Source: Eledone cirrhosa
Taxonomy: Eukaryota
Assembly (NCBI GenBank): GCA_964016885.1
Contig: OZ024758.1
Span: forward strand, 30,318,001 to 30,382,000
Length of the DNA: 64,000 nt
Direction of reading: 5' to 3'
Position 1 is the stretch's first letter, and each line of letters begins with the position of its first letter. Below the pieces are notes generated by a model. The model ran no database searches. It was not told the origin of the DNA and saw only the letters and a program-made list of their open reading frames with translations. This document shows positions 52,311 through 64,000 of this stretch, one piece after another. The position numbers and the translations under genes were made by a program.

Positions 52311-53879
52311 CACGTATTGATTCTAGAGCCACTACTGCGGAAGTTGGAGCTTTTGCAGGGCATCCCTTTAGAACCGGGACTGCGAAAAGCGGCGTCGGCT
52401 TATGCCGACGACGTGACGGTAATGGTGTCGAAAACCTCGGAAATCGAGGTAATCGGCAACCTACTACAGGAATACGAAAGGTTCACAGGAGCAAAACTGA
52501 ACCCGGACAAGTCTTTCGGTTTGCAACTCGGAACGTGGAGAGGCAAACCGATGCCGTCAGACAACGTCGTCGGACGCTGGACAGAAGGACCGGTGAAATT
52601 TCTCGGCGTCTGGTTCGGTCCAAACCTCCAGGTGGAGAAAAACTGGAACGAGGTCATGGCCAAGGTATTTGCGCTCACTCAGAAGTGGGCAGAGTGCAAA
52701 CTGTCTTTGAAAGGTTGAGCAGAGGTGGCGAACACTTTTATAGCGTCCGTCATCTACTACCGCTTGACTGTCGTGCCTTGTCCCCGTGAATACCTCACCA
52801 AGATGGAACGCATGCTCTTCCAGTTCCTGTGGAAGAAGCAGGCTCCACTGGTGAGGAGATCCGTCTGCTGTCAACACCCTTCCAGCGGAGGGCTGGGCAT
52901 GCCGTGGCTAATGATGCGCAAACATGCGCTGAGGCTACGGCATCTTCAGGTATTCCTCACCGACCAACCGGGCACAGCAATCAGTGGAGACTCCACTTCG
53001 ACACTCTATAGAGGGTTAGTACTTTACAAGTGCGACGACGGGCTCGGGAAGACTCTAGGCGTCGAAGACGACGAGCTCACCAGTCTGTTCGGTAGGACTT
53101 TCCGCCAGGGACCTATGGACAACTTCCAGAGGTCCCTGGTCTGGCAGTGCTACCGAGGAACTCTACCCGTTCGAGATAAGATCTACAGGCACGGACTCCC
53201 CGGCAGGGATCCTTCCAAGAGGACGTGTGCAACATGCGAGCAGGACATTGAAACAGTCTTGCACGCAGTTGTACACTGCCCGGGCGTAAGCGACCTGTGG
53301 AACTATGCAGAACAACTGCTGTCGCGTTTGGGACAAATCCAGTTGACTGCCGAGTCCATAGTAAGGATCAAACCGCCAGCCTCTTACAAAAACGAAAGAC
53401 AGGCGGTTTTCCTCTGTACAGTGGCTATGGTGAAAGAGGTTATATGGTGGACGAGGTTGAGAGGACTGAGGACAGATGCCTTTCTCTCCGGACAACAATT
53501 GGTTCCCTTCTTTAAGTATCACTTTAGAAGAAGAATCAGGGTGGAGAGAGAGGCACTGCTCCCCAGTAAATTTACTGAAAGGTGGGTGAATGTAACAAAA
53601 ATGGCCCGAGTGATTGGGCCTTCTCTGTTTATAAGCCTGTAGGTTAAAGAAGAGAGCAAAAGGGAGAAGGGAGCACTTGCACAACACGCTCCTGAAGTTG
53701 AGGGTGGTTCTATCGACGGGGTATTAAGCAACCCATTTGAGGCGCCTCCCCCCTATTGAGGATTTCGATTGTTATAATTGTTTATTTATATTTTTTTTTT
53801 TTACACGACTGTATGTAAAATCCCCGGCATGTATCTTTGTATTGTCCCCTTTTCTTGTGCGCCCTTATAGCAAATAAAG

Positions 53880-53882
<3 letters not shown>
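52311..53882 (+). mobile_element. L1/Tx1-clade LINE, 5'-truncated ORF2 (RT C-half plus zinc knuckle) and 3' UTR
   Basis: AYADDVTV, GAKLNPDKS, KFLGVWF, GGLGMP, CATCEQDIETVLHAVVHCP; one in-frame TGA at 52716; ends aataaagaaa-(TA)n. Confidence 0.92.
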
Positions 53883-53938
<56 letters not shown>

Positions 53939-54036
53939 GTATTTAAGTTAAGCCAAAACTACGATTGGGGGAATATGAGCTAGACAAACTAAAATAAGTT
54001 AGTCTCATTCATATTTATATATACTTACACGTACAC

Positions 54037-54086
<50 letters not shown>

Positions 54087-54382
54087 AAACGAATTGTGGT
54101 AAGGAACCAGATGGACCATAACGCACCAGAGTACTCAATACTTAGGGTAGTAGAGTGGGAAATAGGAAAAACTATGACACCGACGGCAGAGCTCAAGCCG
54201 TTTCGACGGCTATTTCTGGACTAGCTATTTCTGGACGGCTATTTCAGTCCAGAAATAGCCGTCGAAAAGGCTTGAACTCTGCCGTCGGGGTCATACTTTT
54301 TCCTATTTCCCACTCTACTACCCTAAGTATTGAGTACTCTGGTGCGTTATGGTCCACCTGGTTCCTTACCACACCTCCTTTG

Positions 54383-54430
<48 letters not shown>

Positions 54431-54610
54431 TCATATAGAGAATATTATTTTGATTGATATATATAGTCTATTGGATGGCTCAATATAGAACATATATTAT
54501 AACAAAATAACCGTCCATTTCACAGAACATAATACTTGTTCCAGCTAAGAACTTTAAAATATTTTATATTGACTTTTGACTAAGATAATGTTTCGTATCA
54601 AGTTACCAGA

Positions 54611-54666
54611 CTGCTGATGAGATTCTACGAAAAAGGAATCGAAATATCCAATTTTTGCGTATACAA
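54611..54666 (+). ncRNA. Degenerate hammerhead-like motif
   Basis: CTGATGA-gattc...gaatc-GAAA-tat.caa...ttg.gtaTA; stem I only 2 bp. Confidence 0.4.
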
Positions 54667-54826
54667 GATTAGTTTCTATTCATAACACATTCATGGGTAT
54701 ATATATATATATAGGAAAAAGGATGACCCCGACGGCAGAGCTCAAGCCGTTGCGACGGCTATTTCTGGACAGTCCAGAAATAGCCGTCGAAACGGCTTGA
54801 GCTCTGCCGTCGGAGTCATACTTTTT

Positions 54827-54875
<49 letters not shown>

Positions 54876-54885
54876 CGAAATCCTG

Positions 54886-54926
<41 letters not shown>

Positions 54927-54953
54927 GATATTTTCGAAACAGCGAGTCGGTTT

Positions 54954-55136
54954 GAAATTATTAGAAATGTAAGCTATCGCTGTATTTTGACTAAAGAAAT
55001 TAAAGAAATTATTTAGCCTGATAGTGTGTTAATACTCATCTTTTTCCATTTCTCCGAGGGTTCTTAACCCCACTATCAGGCTAAATAATTTCTTTAATTT
55101 CTTTAGTCAAAATACGGCGATAGCTTACATTTCTAA

Positions 55137-55141
<5 letters not shown>
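54954..55141. repeat. ~75 bp-arm inverted repeat between (TA)n tracts
   Basis: aattattagaaatgtaagctatcg...cctgatagtg / cactatcagg...cgatagcttacatttctaataatt. Confidence 0.8.
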
Positions 55142-55182
<41 letters not shown>

Positions 55183-55401
55183 TGAAGTAATTCCGTCGGA
55201 AAGGTACAGGAAAAAAGAGTGCTCTATGTAGGTTACAGAGCTTATTTTTTCAAATCCATATTTAATAAAAAACACCATGTTTTTATTCATTCTGACGACT
55301 GAAAACAGATATAAATATCTGCTTTCAAGAAACCACTGGCAAATGACATATTTTTCTTATGCTGTTTATTACATAACTAATATATATATATATATATATA
55401 T

Positions 55402-57941
55402 AATATAAGATCAAAAGATGGTTAAAGGAGTTCAATATATTTTATTATGCGCATTTCAAAAACAAACATCATCAAACAATAATATTTGTGTTTTCATCAG
55501 ATAAAACAGGAGAACATGATATGAAGGCTAAAAAAACACTTGTTGATAGTGCAGTTTTAAATCAACATATGAAAAGTGGTTTTAGATTGATGTGTGATAT
55601 TGGGAAAAATATTTTATTTAGAGAGGGGGGGAGAGAAAAGGATGAAAAGGGAAGGAGATGAGAGGGAGAGATGGGTGATAGAGAGAAAGAGATAGTTTTT
55701 ATAACAGAGAGGAGATATATTTTATATAGAGGGGTTGAAAGCCGTTGGAAGATACTGTATAAATTAAAAATTTTTGAAAATTAACGAAGGGAGGATATGT
55801 GCGAGGAAAAAATATATTATATTTAGGGAGGGGTGGGGGTGGAAAGGATGAAAAAAAGGGGAGGAGATGAGAGTGAAGGTGGAAAGGGAGAGATGGGTGA
55901 TAGAGAGAAAGAGATAGTTTTTATAACTGAGAAAAAGATATAATGTTTTAATATAGAGAGGTTGGGAACCGTTGGAAGATAATGTATAAATTAAAGGAAT
56001 TTGAAAATTAACGAAGGGAAATTATGTATGGAGATAGAGAGAAAAAAAAAAAAAAAAATAACGAAGGGAGATTATGTATGGAGATAGAGAGAAAAAAAAA
56101 AAAAAAAAAAAAAATAATAATTGTGGGTGAATATTCAAAAGGAGAAATGTAGGAATCTTAAAATTAGTAAAGAGAAAATGTTTATGTATAGGATTTGAGA
56201 AAAATAATGTGAAGTTAAAGTTTTTATATTGAATTCATATGTATTAATAATGAGTTCGTTGATGGGGAGAAAAAAATAATAATAAATTAAGGATGAAATT
56301 GAGATTAAAAAGATTTATGATAGAGAGAAAAAATAATAATGATTGCGGATGAATACTCAAAATGTCAAAAACAAATGTTATTGTTTTACGAAGAGATATA
56401 ATGAGGGTGATGAGTAAACGGGTATTATAGAGTGTATAATGCCCTTTAAAGTAAGGTAGATGGGTATATTTTAAAGAATATATGAGTATATATTAAAAAA
56501 AATATATATATAATAATAAATTAAGGATGAAATTGAGATTAAAAAGATTTATGATAGAGGGAAAAAAAATAATAATGATTGCGGATGAATATTCAAAATG
56601 TCAAAAACAAATGTTATTGTTTTACGAGAAGATAGGATGAGGTAAATGAATAAACGAGTACTATAGAGTGTATAATGCCCTTTAAAGTAAGGTAGATGGG
56701 TATATTTTAAAGAGGTGTATGTATATGTGCCTTTGAGAAAAGATTCTAAATTGATAAAGAATTGAATATTAACTGTATACTTTGTGAAAAGTTCTATGGA
56801 ATTTATGGAGGCAGATGGAAAACAAATCCGAGCGTCTATTTATTATGGATTCTTATGGATTCTTCGTAAAACAATAACATTTGTTTTTGACATTTTGAGT
56901 ATTCATCCGCAATCATTATTATTTTTTCTCTCTATCATAAATCTTTTTAATCTCAATTTCATCCTTAATTTATTATTATTTTTTTCTCCCCATCAACGAA
57001 CTCATTATTAATACATATGAATTCAATATAAAAACTTTAACTTCACATTATTTTTCTCAAATCCTATACATAAACATTTTCTCTTTACTAATTTTAAGAT
57101 TCCTACATTTCTCCTTTTGAATATTCACCCACAATTATTATTTTTTTTTTTTTTTTTTTTTTTCTCTCTATCTCCATACATAATCTCCCTTCGTTATTTT
57201 TTTTTTTTTTTTTCTCTCTATCTCCATACATAATTTCCCTTCGTTAATTTTCAAATTCCTTTAATTTATACATTATCTTCCAACGGTTCCCAACCTCTCT
57301 ATATTAAAACATTATATCTTTTTCTCAGTTATAAAAACTATCTCTTTCTCTCTATCACCCATCTCTCCCTTTCCACCTTCACTCTCATCTCCTCCCCTTT
57401 TTTTCATCCTTTCCACCCCCACCCCTCCCTAAATATAATATATTTTTTCCTCGCACATATCCTCCCTTCGTTAATTTTCAAAAATTTTTAATTTATACAG
57501 TATCTTCCAACGGCTTTCAACCCCTCTATATAAAATATATCTCCTCTCTGTTATAAAAACTATCTCTTTCTCTCTATCACCCATCTCTCCCTCTCATCTC
57601 CTTCCCTTTTCATCCTTTTCTCTCCCCCCCTCTCTAAATAAAATATTTTTCCCAATATCACACATCAATCTAAAACCACTTTTCATATGTTGATTTAAAA
57701 CTGCACTATCAACAAGTGTTTTTTTAGCCTTCATATCATGTTCTCCTGTTTTATCTGATGAAAACACAAATATTATTGTTTGATGATGTTTGTTTTTGAA
57801 ATGCGCATAATAAAATATATTGAACTCCTTTAACCATCTTTTGATCTTATATTATGCATACTCCAGTCCCACAAACTGTAGAGTGCTTCTTATCCGATAT
57901 CTGCATTGCTTTATTGTACTACAATAAAACTCACCTCCTAC
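55402..57941. mobile_element. Large PLE family B palindrome: ~1 kb near-perfect inverted arms; HHRs at 55438-55508 (-) and 57747-57817 (+)
   Basis: 55402-56392 is the reverse complement of 56863-57855; 3' extension to 57941; internal direct duplication 56275-56478 / 56511-56713. Confidence 0.85.
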
Positions 57942-58045
57942 ATATATATATATATATATATATTTAAAGGTTAAACAAGGTTCAATGAATAAATCATTAC
58001 TGAATATTAACCATCTACCATGTCAGGGTATGTCATGCATCATCT

Positions 58046-58112
58046 TGTTTTATCTGATGAGGACGTACTGTTGAAGTTAACTCAGTACCTCTGAAATATG
58101 TATAATAAAATA
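58046..58112 (+). ncRNA. Type I hammerhead (family C)
   Basis: tgttttat-CTGATGA-ggaCgtactg...cagtacCtct-GAAA-tatgtaTA-ataaaata. Confidence 0.82.
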
Positions 58113-58153
58113 TACTTGATCACAAGAATGTCTATTTTTGTTAATATTTTGAA

Positions 58154-58194
<41 letters not shown>

Positions 58195-58224
58195 AGTGGG
58201 AATAAGAAGAAAGCAAGAGCGGGG

Positions 58225-58326
58225 GGAGTTTTCCTCATCAGTTGTCTACTGGGGGTCTCGGGTATTTCCACGCTTTAAAGACAAGATATCTACCACACAG
58301 GGCGTCAATAACTGGATAAGTTATTG
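58225..58326 (-). ncRNA. Permuted hammerhead candidate, fourth family (partly decayed stem III)
   Basis: Minus: caataact..agttattg ... agata-TC-ttgtct-ttaaagcgtg-GAAA-taccc...agacaa-CTGATGA-ggaaaactcc. Confidence 0.5.
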
Positions 58327-58686
58327 GGAAAACGGAGGAGGGCGGGAGGGAAAATAGAAGGGAGAAAGGAAGAAAAGAGAAAACAGCGAAAAAACAACAA
58401 CAAACCGAGCAATGTGCGAGTAACTTAAGGCAAGAAAATCCAAGACCATTCGATGAGAGAACTTAAGTTCAAGACAGTGTGTCCGAGAGAAAAGATACAC
58501 GTCTGACCCCAGCGAGTTGTAAGTGAGAAAAGGACTGCTAGAGGGTAAGGCGAGGGAAACAAAAAGGTGGCAGGCAGAGAGAGGATGAGTGAAAGGGAGA
58601 GGAAGAAAGGGAGAGGAAGAAAGTGGGGCAAGAGTAGATGTAGTGAAATAGGTAGGTAGAAGGGGAGAGAAGAATGGTCACAGCGC

Positions 58687-58719
<33 letters not shown>

Positions 58720-58939
58720 ATGTATGACCCCGACGGCAGAGCTCAAGCCGTTTCGACGGCTATTTCTGGACAGTAGTCCAGAAATAGTCGTCGAAACGGC
58801 TTGAGCTCTGCCGTCGGGGTCAAACTTTTTCCTATTTCCCACTCTACTACCCTAAGTATTGAGTACTCTGGTGCGTTATGGTCCATCTGGTTCCTTACCA
58901 CATTTCCTTTGTTATATATATATATATATATATATATAT

Positions 58940-60432
58940 AAGTAGAAGTTATATTTAATTTGTTGGAAGTCCGACAAACATAAATGTTTATAACTGATTT
59001 AGAGCACTCAACAGTTACTGGAGTAAATATTCAATGATATTAAATGAACGGAAACTATATTGATATAACCATATTTATTTTATTATAGGGCAACCAAGAC
59101 AACATTGGTGCGCTTTCATCAGATAAAATACAAAGTTTGTTTTATAAATAGAGACGTACCCATGAAAAACATACCTTATCGGTTTGAAATTCACTGGATT
59201 GCGGAAATATATTAGGGATTATTCAAACTTATGTGTGAATATGCAAATGTATATGTAAATAATTGAAAAACAACCGTTTATTTAAATGACACTGGAGAAA
59301 GATAGAGAAGAAAGAAAGAGAGAAAAAATATTAATATTACGAGAGAGATAGAGAGAAGAAATTAACAAGAGGATGAATAGAACTCATGGGGGAATATATT
59401 TTAAGTATATATCTACTAATGGTACGTATATTTACGATTATTTAGTTGTTAAAATTCTTTTCTAATATATTTACTGTTATAAGTAGATAGAAAAATAAAT
59501 AGATATATATAGAAAAATAAATATTTAAAATATATAGTTAACTTAATTACATACATTAAATACAAACCAATACCCCTCATAACTCATTAAAACAATTATC
59601 TATAACACGATATACCCATCTATCCATTTAGCTATCCATTTATCTATTTATCTATTTATTGATTTATTTTGCTATTTATTTTTCTATCTATCTATTTTTC
59701 TATCTATTTATTTTTCCATATATTTTTCTATCTAATTTTATATATATTTATTTCTATCTATATATATTTCTATCTATCTATTTTTCTATCTATTTATTTT
59801 TCCATATATTTTTCTATCTAATTTTATATATATTTATTTCTATCTATATATATTTCTATCTATCTATTTTTCTATCTATTTATTTTTCCATATATTTTTC
59901 TATCTAATTTTATATATATATATATATATTTTTCTATATATATCTATTTATTTTTCTATCTACTTATAACAGTAAATATATTAGAAAAGAATTTTAACAA
60001 CTAAATAATCGTAAATATACGTACCATTAGTAGATATATACTTAAAATATATTCCGCCATATTAACCTTACATGAGTTCTATTCATCCTCGTGTTAATTT
60101 CTTCTCTCTATCTCTCTTGTAATATTAATATTTTTTCTCTTTCTTTCTTCTCTATCTTTCTCCAGTGTCATTTAAATAAACAGTTGTTTTTCAATTATTT
60201 ACATACTCATTTGCATATTCACACATACGTTTGAATAATCCCTAATATATTTCCGCTATCCAGTGAATTTCCAACCGATCAGGTATGTTTTTCATGGGTA
60301 CATCTCTATTTATAAAACATACTTTGTATTTTATCTGATGAAAGCGCACCAATGTTGTCTTGGTTGCCCTTGAAATATATATAATAAAATAAATATGGTT
60401 TTATAAATATAGTTTCCATTTATTTAATATTA
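58940..60432. mobile_element. PLE family A palindrome with ~480 bp arms; intact HHR at 60327-60391 (+), mirror copy lacks GAAA
   Basis: 59036-59517 inverted versus 59929-60430; tattttat-CTGATGA-aagCgcacc...ggttgcCctt-GAAA-tatataTA-ataaaata. Confidence 0.82.
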
Positions 60433-60688
60433 TTTATATATATATATATATATATATAGGAATGAGTAGGACCCCGACGGCTGAGCTCAAGCCGTTTCGA
60501 CAGCTAATTCTGGACTCAATTCTGAGTCCAGAATTAGCCGTCGAAACGGCTTGAGCTCAGCCGTCGGGGTCCTACTCGTTCCTATTACCCACTCTACTAC
60601 CCTAAGTATTGAATACTTTGGTGCGTTATGGTCCACCTGGTTCCTTACCACATTTCCTTCGTTATATATATATATATATATATATATT

Positions 60689-60727
<39 letters not shown>

Positions 60728-60772
60728 GTATATATATATATATATATAAATATCTATATATCTATATCTCTA

Positions 60773-60854
<82 letters not shown>

Positions 60855-61022
60855 TATATATATATAATCATACATATGTTTCTGCAGGACTAGAACTGTT
60901 TCATTCGGAAGAAATCACCAGGAACATTTCTATGATAAAATAAATATGCCTATACTCTACTACCGTATTGAGTACTTCTTTTTAAAAATTGTAATAATCT
61001 CCCGATAAACATCGGAAATCCA

Positions 61023-61088
<66 letters not shown>

Positions 61089-61108
61089 TGGATTTCCGAT
61101 GTTTAATA

Positions 61109-61140
<32 letters not shown>

Positions 61141-61144
<4 letters not shown>

Positions 61145-61579
61145 TATTAAAGTTTCCGTTGAAAATTGAAAAAGGCAGATGAATGAAGAGTGCTCTATGT
61201 AAGTTACAGAGCAACATATTTAATGTATAATAAACAATATAATATAATTACCTCATTACCAAAGGTTTCCCGAATAAGACGAATACAAGAAACGTCCGCA
61301 TTCGTTCGTCAGCCAAGGCAATTTAAAACATAGTGAAATATTTGAAAAATCTCCCCAAGAAAGGCTAGAGGAAATTTTTCAAATATTTCACTATGTTTTA
61401 AATTGCCTTAGCTGACGAACGAATGCGGACGTTTCTTGTATTCGTCTTATTCGGGAAACCTTTGGTAATGAGGTAATTATATTATATTGTTTATTATACA
61501 TTAAATATTTTGCTCTGTAACTTACATAGAGCACTCTTCATTCATCTGCCTTTTTCAATTTTCAACGGAAACTTTAATA

Positions 61580-61583
<4 letters not shown>
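61141..61583. mobile_element. Near-perfect ~210 bp-arm palindrome with hammerheads (61246-61323 minus, 61401-61478 plus)
   Basis: aattgccttag-CTGACGA-acgaat...attcgg-GAAA-cctttggTA-atgaggtaatt. Confidence 0.72.
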
Positions 61584-61612
<29 letters not shown>

Positions 61613-62195
61613 GAGGGATGACCCCTTAGCCTTTGTCAAGGCAGAATTCTAGGAGAAGGAAAACTCTGATATAACACCTGCAACTCTGATGGTATCCAAT
61701 GATGTTGACTTGTTCTTCTTTTTGGTAAATATCATCTTGGTTAAGAGAGTGGGACTGGCTTTGTGCAGTGCCTTTGCTCACTATAAAAGCTTCACGGCAC
61801 AGGCATTGCTTTATATCTGGAGATCTCCCTGCACTTGTCGTCACATGATACCATGGGCCCTGCACTAAGTGTCAATAATTGTCACAAGTGTAGTGTTTGT
61901 ACCAGAGTTTTCAAGTCGTTGGCTGGACTAAAAAGTCACACTCGTTCAGCGCATCGGTAGGGGTTCTCCTACATGGATATAAAGTAGTGGCCGTACTCGA
62001 AAACGAGTTGGCAGCCACCATATATATAGGTATTAAACATCGGAAATCCACCTATATATATACAGAATTAGCCGTCGAAACGGCTTGAGCTCAGCCGTCG
62101 GGGTCTTACTTACTCCTATTACCCACTCTACTACCCTAAGTATTGAGTACTTTGGTGCGTTATGGTCTACCTGGTTCCTTACCACTTTTCATTCG

Positions 62196-62236
<41 letters not shown>

Positions 62237-62258
62237 TGGATTTCCGATGTTTAATACC

Positions 62259-62291
<33 letters not shown>

Positions 62292-62497
62292 TATATATAT
62301 ATACACAATGATTTCGCAATCGTAAGGTTGTGAGCTCGATTCCTGGACCAGGCGATGCGTTATGTCCTTGAGCAAGACACTTTATTTCACGTTGCTCCTT
62401 CTACTTGGAGTTGCGACCGATAGATAGTATTAGCAATTGGAAAGACCAACGGAAACATTGTTCCCTCGGTCCGATTTGACGAAAGTCGATCGTTCCT

Positions 62498-62928
62498 ATA
62501 TTAAATAAATGGGAACTATATTTATAAAACCATATTTATTCTATTATATATATTTCAAGGATACCAAAAATGTTGGTGCGCTATCATCAGATAAAATACG
62601 AAATGTGTTTTATAAATTTTGACATAACCAAGGATAATATACCTTAACGGTTCAAGTTATCCCTGGATAGTGAACCGTTAAGGTATATTCTCCTTGGTTA
62701 TGTCAAAATTTATAAAACACATTTTGTATTTTATCTGATGATAGCGCACCAACATTTTTGGTATCCTTGAAATATATATAATAGAATAAATATGGTTTTA
62801 TAAATATAGTTTCCATTTATTTAATATCATTGTTTGTATATTATACTCCAGAAAATCAGTTGAGTGCTCTGAATCAGTTATAAACATTTATATTTGTTGA
62901 ATTACCAACAAATTGAATATCCCTTCTG

Positions 62929-62931
<3 letters not shown>
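62498..62931. mobile_element. PLE family A palindrome with hammerheads at 62537-62598 (-) and 62727-62788 (+), plus 3' extension
   Basis: 62498-62653 inverted versus 62671-62827; CTGATGA...GAAA-tatataTA-atagaata. Confidence 0.8.
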
Positions 62932-63009
<78 letters not shown>

Positions 63010-63048
63010 ATGAATAAACAAAGAAACAGTTCCTTATATTAAAAAAAT

Positions 63049-63199
63049 TCATCATTTTACGATCGTTTCTAGGATATATATGTGTTAGAGTTGGTATGCA
63101 TATTCTATAGATCTATGTACAATATTTACAATATTTATACAAACTATCAGAGGGAATATACATACCTACACATATATATGCTGTCTTCAGAAATAATGA
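63049..63199 (-). ncRNA. Hammerhead with extended stem II (copy of 9681-9814)
   Basis: Minus: tcattattt-CTGAAGA-cagCatatatatgtgt...atatatCcta-GAAA-cgatcgTA-aaatgatga. Confidence 0.72.
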
Positions 63200-63239
63200 T
63201 ATTTGTTTATTGAAAAAAACAAAGATTCAATACAATAGG

Positions 63240-63295
<56 letters not shown>

Positions 63296-63371
63296 GAAGA
63301 AAAAAAAAATATATATATATATAATAGAAGAAAAAAAAAAAAAAAAATATATATATATATTTTTTTTCTTC

Positions 63372-63442
<71 letters not shown>

Positions 63443-63694
63443 TATAGCGTCCTATCGTCCTGTCCAGGAGATGCCTTGTACTGTCAGTCGCCCCAGGCCA
63501 CGGAAGCCGGGGTCCGGAAACACCGTCTGATGAGGCTACGGGATCGAAACAGACTTTAGACTTTTTAAATTACAGTGGTTAAATATCGAATGGTTTTACT
63601 GTCCTCAGCTCCAGAGGAGACCCTAGGAAGGATGTGGTTCCCACCCACAAAATAACTTTTAAAATAAGTTTTATTTCAAAGTATATTATAGCAT

Positions 63695-63881
63695 GTGGAT
63701 TGGCAGTATCGGTAGAGGGTCGGACGCCATGCTTTGACGCATAGAGTTACGGCCCTTGCCATTCTGAGTTCAAATCCCGCCGAGGTTAACTTTGCCTCTC
63801 ATCCTTATGGGGGTCGATAAAATAAAGTACCAGTAATACACTGGGTAATTGCTGGCCTTGTGCCAAAAGTAGAAACAATTA
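63695..63881 (+). mobile_element. Meta-domain SINE with attatagcat TSD
   Basis: A/B boxes, core; TSD at 63686-63695 and 63878-63887. Confidence 0.88.
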
Positions 63882-64000
63882 TAGCATAAACACATAGACT
63901 GCTTAACTGGCAAATAACATCTTAATATATTTATGAGCAAAAAAGCATTCTATAGTTGTATAATATAGGCAGAAGAAGCTGTTGCAATCATTGTTTCTAT

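Noticed and set aside
61626-61865. 79 aa minus-strand ORF
   Set aside because: No recognisable motif or splice support; probably an unclassified repeat fragment
63514-63562. CTGATGA...GAAAC motif
   Set aside because: Stems I-III do not pair convincingly; at best a decayed copy

Overview
Eukaryotic, very AT-rich and repeat-dominated animal DNA, most likely from an octopod cephalopod (inferred from the SINE types and the huge (TA)n tracts). Most of the supplied ORFs are artefacts of microsatellites. The window contains: tRNA-derived Meta-domain SINEs (about 20 copies or fragments); RTE and L1/Tx1 LINE fragments; mariner, piggyBac-like and hAT-like MITEs; several TE-derived minisatellites; two probable exons of a small Cys-rich protein gene on the minus strand; and a dense set of Penelope-like element (PLE) terminal remnants. 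The PLE remnants sit in (TA)n as palindromic arms and include one decayed GIY-YIG ORF. Reading them as RNA shows more than 15 hammerhead ribozyme (HHR) motifs from about a dozen unrelated families. Three signals stand out: (1) four families carry a hammerhead whose three core strands are in a non-circularly permuted order, supported by covariation; (2) a covarying RCUC-stem-UW-GAGY bulged hairpin is shared by about 10 families and lies a few nt from the element/(TA)n junction, a candidate RT-positioning signal; (3) a C-C mismatch is conserved at position 4 of HHR stem II across families. All structures were folded by eye and nothing was run computationally; literature mentions are from memory.
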